From an uncultured Gammaproteobacteria bacterium (GTDB taxonomy: Bacteria > Patescibacteriota > Microgenomatia > JALYQM01), in assembly GCA_964535655.1 (NCBI GenBank), contig CAZHTP010000002.1, positions 154,054 through 218,053 on the forward strand: a DNA stretch of 64,000 bases, read 5' to 3'. Within the stretch, counting starts at the first letter, position 1, and the number at the start of each line of letters is the position of its first letter. The notes below the pieces were generated by a model, which searched no databases, was not told the DNA's origin, and saw only the letters and a list, made by a program, of their open reading frames with translations. Made by a program: the position numbers and the translations under genes. Below are positions 59,108 through 64,000 of this stretch, piece after piece.

Positions 59108-59475
59108 ATGGCAAACCTGTACTCTGCTTTTCTCGCTATTCATATTTTAGGAGCAATGAGCTTATTTGCTTGGATATGCTTTGCACTACTCTCCCTAAAG
59201 ATCAAAACGGTAATGTCGTACCGTATACAGGCTAAGATCATCGCTATCAACGGGGCCGCACAACTCGCTTCTGGCTCCCTTCTAGGGATGGCGCATAGTG
59301 GCCCCCTCCGTGGACTTTTTGCGCTAAAATAGGCCTATATGTAGTGGTAATTGCTGCGGCCGAATGCGCCCTATTTTGGAATATGCAGGACAAAAAGATG
59401 TTTCCTAAGGCAACGGTTTACTCCAGTGTAGCCACCGGGATGCTCTTTGTGGCGCTGAAGGTAGTGTCTTATTGA
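59108..59475 (+). pseudogene. Frameshifted 4-TM membrane protein
   Basis: ORF 59108..59332 continues after a frame change near 59310 as FCAKIGLYVVVIAAAE...VALKVVSY*. Confidence 0.5.
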
Positions 59476-60467
59476 ACCAGAGCAGAGAGGAATTCCCCCA
59501 TTTTGGCATGGTCGTGCCTCACCGTGTCTAATTTATTCCAAATTTCCCGTTTATCTTTGGCTGATTCGGCAAAATCCTCAACGAAAATCTTGCAAGAAAG
59601 GCCTTCAAAACGCCTCATATCCTCCTCTGTCGGTGAAAGAACCACGATTCCATCTGCAGCATATTTTTTCTGAGTTTCCTCATTCAGATGATCACTTTTA
59701 TTAACAAGTGCATAATCGAGTACTCCTTCTCCCAAGAATTCATTCATTTTATTAACATAGTCAAAACTAGAAAATCCGTCAGTTTGCCCAGGCTGGGTGG
59801 TTGTGTTGGCAATATACACAACCTTACCAGCAGAAACCCGAATCGAATCTCTAACGCCATCAAATATTAACGCCGCCATTACACTAGTATAAAAACTCCC
59901 AGGGCCTATAACGATTAAATCTGCATCACAGATAGCATCAAGCGCAGGGCGATATGCTGGAGCAGGGGATTTTGCTAAGAACAACTTCTTAATGGGGGAT
60001 TTATTCACACCACGGGTTTCCAGTTCGTTGCGAGTAATACTTCCATCTTCCAGCTCGGCACACAAGTCTGTATCAACATCTGACACAGGATAAACTTTAG
60101 CGACACACCCCACCATCTTTTGCAACTCCTCAACCGCCTTCGAAAAGCTACCTGTCATCTGTGATAAAGCGGCTAAAACCAAATTCCCGACTGCCATTCC
60201 TTCTAATTCTTTAACACGCTCGCCATCAAAGCGATACTGTAGAAGTTTCACTAACAGATCATTAGGATCATATGCAAGGCTAGCAATAGTATTTCGAATA
60301 TCTCCAGGTGCTGGAATTTTTCCTATTCCGCGCGCTACCCCCGTGCTTCGTCCGCAATCAGTAACACTAATTATTGCCGACAAATGACTAAAATAAGGTT
60401 TGGCTGCACGAATTACCTGTGTCGTACCGTTGCCACCTCCAATCGCCACTAACTTTAGTTTACGCAT
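59469..60467 (-). CDS. YvcK/CofD-like (GlmR family) protein
   Basis: AIGGGNGT, VTDCGRSTG, PGDIRN, DADLIVIGPGSFYTSV, TQPGQTDG, RHD. Confidence 0.9.
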   Translation of the reverse strand: MRKLKLVAIGGGNGTTQVIRAAKPYFSHLSAIISVTDCGRSTGVARGIGKIPAPGDIRNTIASLAYDPNDLLVKLLQYRFDGERVKELEGMAVGNLVLAALSQMTGSFSKAVEELQKMVGCVAKVYPVSDVDTDLCAELEDGSITRNELETRGVNKSPIKKLFLAKSPAPAYRPALDAICDADLIVIGPGSFYTSVMAALIFDGVRDSIRVSAGKVVYIANTTTQPGQTDGFSSFDYVNKMNEFLGEGVLDYALVNKSDHLNEETQKKYAADGIVVLSPTEEDMRRFEGLSCKIFVEDFAESAKDKREIWNKLDTVRHDHAKMGEFLSALVQ

Positions 60468-60488
60468 GATTAGTATTATACTCATGGT

Positions 60489-61262
60489 ATGCCTAAACAA
60501 CCAATAGAAAAAATGTACGAAACCCACTATGAGATAGGTGAGCATCAATACGAATTAGAAAATATTCTCATCACGTTTGACTTATTAAAAGATCATAGAT
60601 TTGATTTGTTAAAACCAACGTACATTTTTGACATCGATCACACGCTTCTTAACAGCAATGAACTTAAGAATCATTTTAATGATGCCTTTGAAAGATATAA
60701 TCATGTCTTTAGTAATGGTGTTTGGCTTGAAACTTACAAACTAGCCAAAACCAGAGAGAATTTTTATGACTTTCCTAAACATATTGAAATACTAGCGCAA
60801 AAGCTTGATGGAACACTGGCAACAGAAACGATTCTTAAAGATTTAATGGAAAAGACTCTTGAGTCGGTAATACCCGACCTAATACACCCGAACCTATTTT
60901 GGCAAATTAATGGCGAAAAAGAACAGATAAATTTGGTATTAGCCACATCCGGGGAAACAACGTATCACCGTATGAAAGTGCGCTCATTAATTAGATACTT
61001 GCCGTTACTACCTATCGCAGTAATTTACATTGAACAGGCTGATAAAGGCATAGCTATAAATGAATTCTATAAACATTATAATTTACCCACCAATTATGAA
61101 TGCTATCTGTTCGACGACAACCCCTCTGAACTAGAAGATGTTCATCAAAAGTGTAAAGACAAAAAAATTAACCTTATGCGGGTAAAACAACCAAATGGGC
61201 ACTACAATCACAAAGTCGCAGCGCAACTAATCCGTTCTGAAGAGTGGAATTTCAACAGTTAA
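60489..61262 (+). CDS. HAD-superfamily protein
   Basis: IFDIDHTLLN motif I; LATSG; LFDDNP.EL motif IV. Confidence 0.7.
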   Translation: MPKQPIEKMYETHYEIGEHQYELENILITFDLLKDHRFDLLKPTYIFDIDHTLLNSNELKNHFNDAFERYNHVFSNGVWLETYKLAKTRENFYDFPKHIEILAQKLDGTLATETILKDLMEKTLESVIPDLIHPNLFWQINGEKEQINLVLATSGETTYHRMKVRSLIRYLPLLPIAVIYIEQADKGIAINEFYKHYNLPTNYECYLFDDNPSELEDVHQKCKDKKINLMRVKQPNGHYNHKVAAQLIRSEEWNFNS

Positions 61263-61388
61263 CATTCCTCAAGCAGCTATTACAAATCTCCAGGTCCTGA
61301 AGGGGTAATGGAGCTACTCGAGAAATAAAACAAGTAACAAAGTGCATCGGAAATCACCACAGGAAATGAGTAGAAAACTTGACCTACA

Positions 61389-62273
61389 CTAATCGATTTC
61401 CAGTCTCTCTAAAAGTGTAACTGGGCTGGTTGTTTTAATTACCACTGTATAATCGAATAATTCTTGTGGCGCGACCGTATACCAATTGTCATCACTTTCT
61501 TCAGGATTATAAGAAGCCCCAATTTCAAAAACGCGATATTTTGTATTATGTTGCTTCGAAAAATCAACCACCATTTCCTCTTCATCGCAAGGTATATCGC
61601 TAGCCTTATGTATGGGAAAAACTTGAATCTCTCCCGTTTGTTGATGTATAGCTCGGAATTCACCTCCACAAAAGTAAAAACCAATAGAAAGATAGGATTG
61701 ATGCAATTTTTCTTTTAAAATGGAACCCATCGTTGTATATTCAGGAATGTGAAGATTTGAAATATGGCTATTATGTGACCAAACAATAATTTTCTTTCGT
61801 TCCTTCGCTAAATTTAAAACAAACTCTGCCATCAAACCATCTCGAATAGATAATGTCTCACTTCTTCGTGTATCGTTAGGATCTAGATCATATCCATACA
61901 TATGCACCGGATCAGTCATGTGCGTAGCATTATATCCTCGCAACCATCGCATTAAAAAACGAAATTCTCGCGTTGCGATAATCCAGTAACCACAGTTTTC
62001 CAAAATAGAATCTATATCGGCGCGTTGCCCAGTAACATACTCATCAAGCTGCATAGCAGTACTTTCAGAAGTTTCAATAGCAACAGAATTAAAGTGCAAA
62101 TACACAACTAAATAAATAATTAATCGCGATTTAGCCCTACTAAACTCCGCCGAGCCATGCGTCGCTTCACCTAAACCAATAATTTTTTTTCCTTTAAACG
62201 GCGCCAGTGCATTTAGCTGTCTCACAACAGGACTTATATACAAAGAATATGATCCATCAAAATCAGGAATCAT
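61389..62273 (-). CDS. Erythromycin esterase family protein
   Basis: IGLGEATHGSAEF, YGYD, RDGLMAE, IVWSHNSHI, MGS.L. Confidence 0.85.
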   Translation of the reverse strand: MIPDFDGSYSLYISPVVRQLNALAPFKGKKIIGLGEATHGSAEFSRAKSRLIIYLVVYLHFNSVAIETSESTAMQLDEYVTGQRADIDSILENCGYWIIATREFRFLMRWLRGYNATHMTDPVHMYGYDLDPNDTRRSETLSIRDGLMAEFVLNLAKERKKIIVWSHNSHISNLHIPEYTTMGSILKEKLHQSYLSIGFYFCGGEFRAIHQQTGEIQVFPIHKASDIPCDEEEMVVDFSKQHNTKYRVFEIGASYNPEESDDNWYTVAPQELFDYTVVIKTTSPVTLLERLEID

Positions 62274-62353
62274 ATCTCAATTGTATCACGCACAAGATAG
62301 CCTAACTTCAAGGCTATCGTTCGCGCTGCCATTTTCGGAGTTATTTATAAAAA

Positions 62354-62992
62354 TTGAAAAGAAAAACAAGGCGATTCCTGTATCACCGCTGCAGCGCAAC
62401 CTGTACGAAGTCCATTAGGCGGGAAGAACTTGAAACATCACTAACGGAACTATTAAAAAAGATCACTCCTAGGAAAGAAACCACAGAGCTCTTTATCCAA
62501 CAAATCTACAAGGTGTACCATGAACGACTTGCTCGACTCAGAACAATTAAAGGTGCAGCAGATGATGAAATAACACGCCTCCAAGATATAAGAAGGCAGT
62601 TAATTGAAAAGAATTTGGCAGGCGTCTATTCTGATGAAATATTTAAAGAACAGAATGCATTAATTGAAGACAAAATGCTGAAAGCTCACATCGCCAAAGA
62701 AGATTCCACTCTCGAAAAATACAATATCGACGCAGTCACATCGTTTATGAAAACATTACTCGCAGATCTCGGAGAAACATACAAAAGATCCAATCCAAAT
62801 CAGGTCAAAGTACTGCTGAGTTCAATCTTCCCTTCTGGATTGGCTTGGAGCTATAATGGTACATTGAACACCGAGATTAGCCCATTATATAAAGATATTG
62901 TGTGTGTTGATGACCAACACTTTTCATTCAGAGCGGAGGAAGAGATTCGAACTCTCGACGTTCACCTTGGAAGGGTGACATTCTACCACTGA
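62354..62992 (+). pseudogene. Serine recombinase C-terminal remnant
   Basis: Y.RCS..C Zn-ribbon end, coiled coil and IFPSG, parallel to the 57474 recombinase tail; no catalytic domain; runs into tRNA-Gly. Confidence 0.75.
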
Positions 62993-63003
62993 ATTACCTC
63001 CGC
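62932..63003 (-). tRNA. tRNA-Gly(TCC)
   Basis: GCGGAGG/CCTCCGC acceptor; TCACC-CTTCCAA-GGTGA; GTTCGAATC. Confidence 0.95.
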
Positions 63004-63042
63004 ACTCTTACCTGCATATAATACCAAAATCGACAAAGTGTT

Positions 63043-63246
63043 TCAATCGTTAGGAATCGAATCAAGATACCTAAAAGATACAGGAATTCCCAATTTATAA
63101 GCCTCACCAATGGCAGCGCGATATCGATCAGCAGCATCTCTAACTGCTTGATCAACGTTAATATGTAAAGCAGTATTAACAAGCCTTCTTCGGGCGCGAA
63201 TAAGGTCACAATAAGTAGTTTTTTGTTCTCTACGAAGTTTTTCCAT
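63043..63246 (-). CDS. Hypothetical protein
   Basis: Starts 3 nt after the stop of the GlmU-like gene. Confidence 0.4.
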   Translation of the reverse strand: MEKLRREQKTTYCDLIRARRRLVNTALHINVDQAVRDAADRYRAAIGEAYKLGIPVSFRYLDSIPND

Positions 63247-63249
63247 AAG

Positions 63250-64000
63250 TTATTTTAGAGTGATATCTTGGGCGCTCAGTTTATCCTGCTTGACCACTTC
63301 GCCAGGAGAAGTATATGAGTGATAGGCAAGCTTTCTACCCGGGTAAATGCTGGTGTTTATACCTGTACGAACATGGTCTCCAACTATCGCACCAAGGTGA
63401 TAAAGCCCAGTGTCGACCAAATTTTCCTTAACATTTACTTTTATAACTCCTCGATCATGTCTTCTGTCAGCCGTCACCGTACCCCCGCCAAGAATAATAT
63501 TATTCCCCAAAACGCTATACCCAACAAAGGAAAGGTGCTCAATATTGACCCTGTTACCGATTGAGCTATGTTCAATTTCAACGGAAGAACCAATTTTACA
63601 GAAGTCTCCAATATCAACATTTCCCCTGATGTAGGTATGAGGACCAATAATACAGTCCTCCCCAATAATAACATTGCCGTCAATATACGTGCCCGATTTA
63701 ACTACGGTTCCTTTGCCAATAATCACATTCCCTTTAATCACAACATTTTCCTCAACTTCGCCTTGAACATCCATTTTAATATCTGGCATAAGGCGCTCAT
63801 TTGCCTGCAAGATATGCCAAGGATATCCTACCGTTAGCCAATAGCCATTAACCGAAACTATTTCCATGGGGTACTCTTGACAATATGCCGTGACTGGATC
63901 AGTAAGTTCATATTCACCACGTTTAGAAAGCGGCATGGTTTTTGTAAACTTAAATATATGCTTATCAAAATGAAACACACCGATGTTTGCAACATTACCC
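63250..64000 (-). CDS. GlmU-like sugar-1-phosphate nucleotidyl/acetyltransferase, 5' part outside the window
   Basis: SKRGEYELTD, W..VGYPW, hexapeptide repeats, HLSFVGYS, GINTSIYPG. Confidence 0.85.
   Translation of the reverse strand, partial: GNVANIGVFHFDKHIFKFTKTMPLSKRGEYELTDPVTAYCQEYPMEIVSVNGYWLTVGYPWHILQANERLMPDIKMDVQGEVEENVVIKGNVIIGKGTVVKSGTYIDGNVIIGEDCIIGPHTYIRGNVDIGDFCKIGSSVEIEHSSIGNRVNIEHLSFVGYSVLGNNIILGGGTVTADRRHDRGVIKVNVKENLVDTGLYHLGAIVGDHVRTGINTSIYPGRKLAYHSYTSPGEVVKQDKLSAQDITLK

Overview
AT-rich bacterial chromosome segment whose gene style (sparse metabolism, many GT-C glycosyltransferases, serine recombinases running into tRNA 3' ends) suggests a Patescibacteria/CPR (Microgenomates-like) genome; the taxon is inferred. 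The backbone carries guaB, miaB, a GT-C/dTDP-rhamnose glycosylation cluster, miaA, rnpB, comM, secDF, PMM/PGM, rplJL with the L10 leader, yhaM, ppsA, a P-type ATPase, tRNA-Arg(TCT), tRNA-Gly(TCC) and a partial GlmU-like gene. Accessory DNA includes a TIR + membrane protein + RyR-like cassette, decayed TA modules, an AbiE pair, and an ~11 kb element at tRNA-Arg with a serine recombinase, XRE repressor, Gabija-like pair and a divergent family-A polymerase-like gene. The most striking observation is three copies of one RNA-level cassette design (one at 29.8-30.9 kb on +, two in tandem at 53.5-55.9 kb on -). Each reads: boxA-like motif, 5' stalk, hairpin, GC-rich small secreted/membrane gene(s), complementary 3' stalk, type III hammerhead ribozyme. 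All pairings were read by eye; no folding or database search was run.
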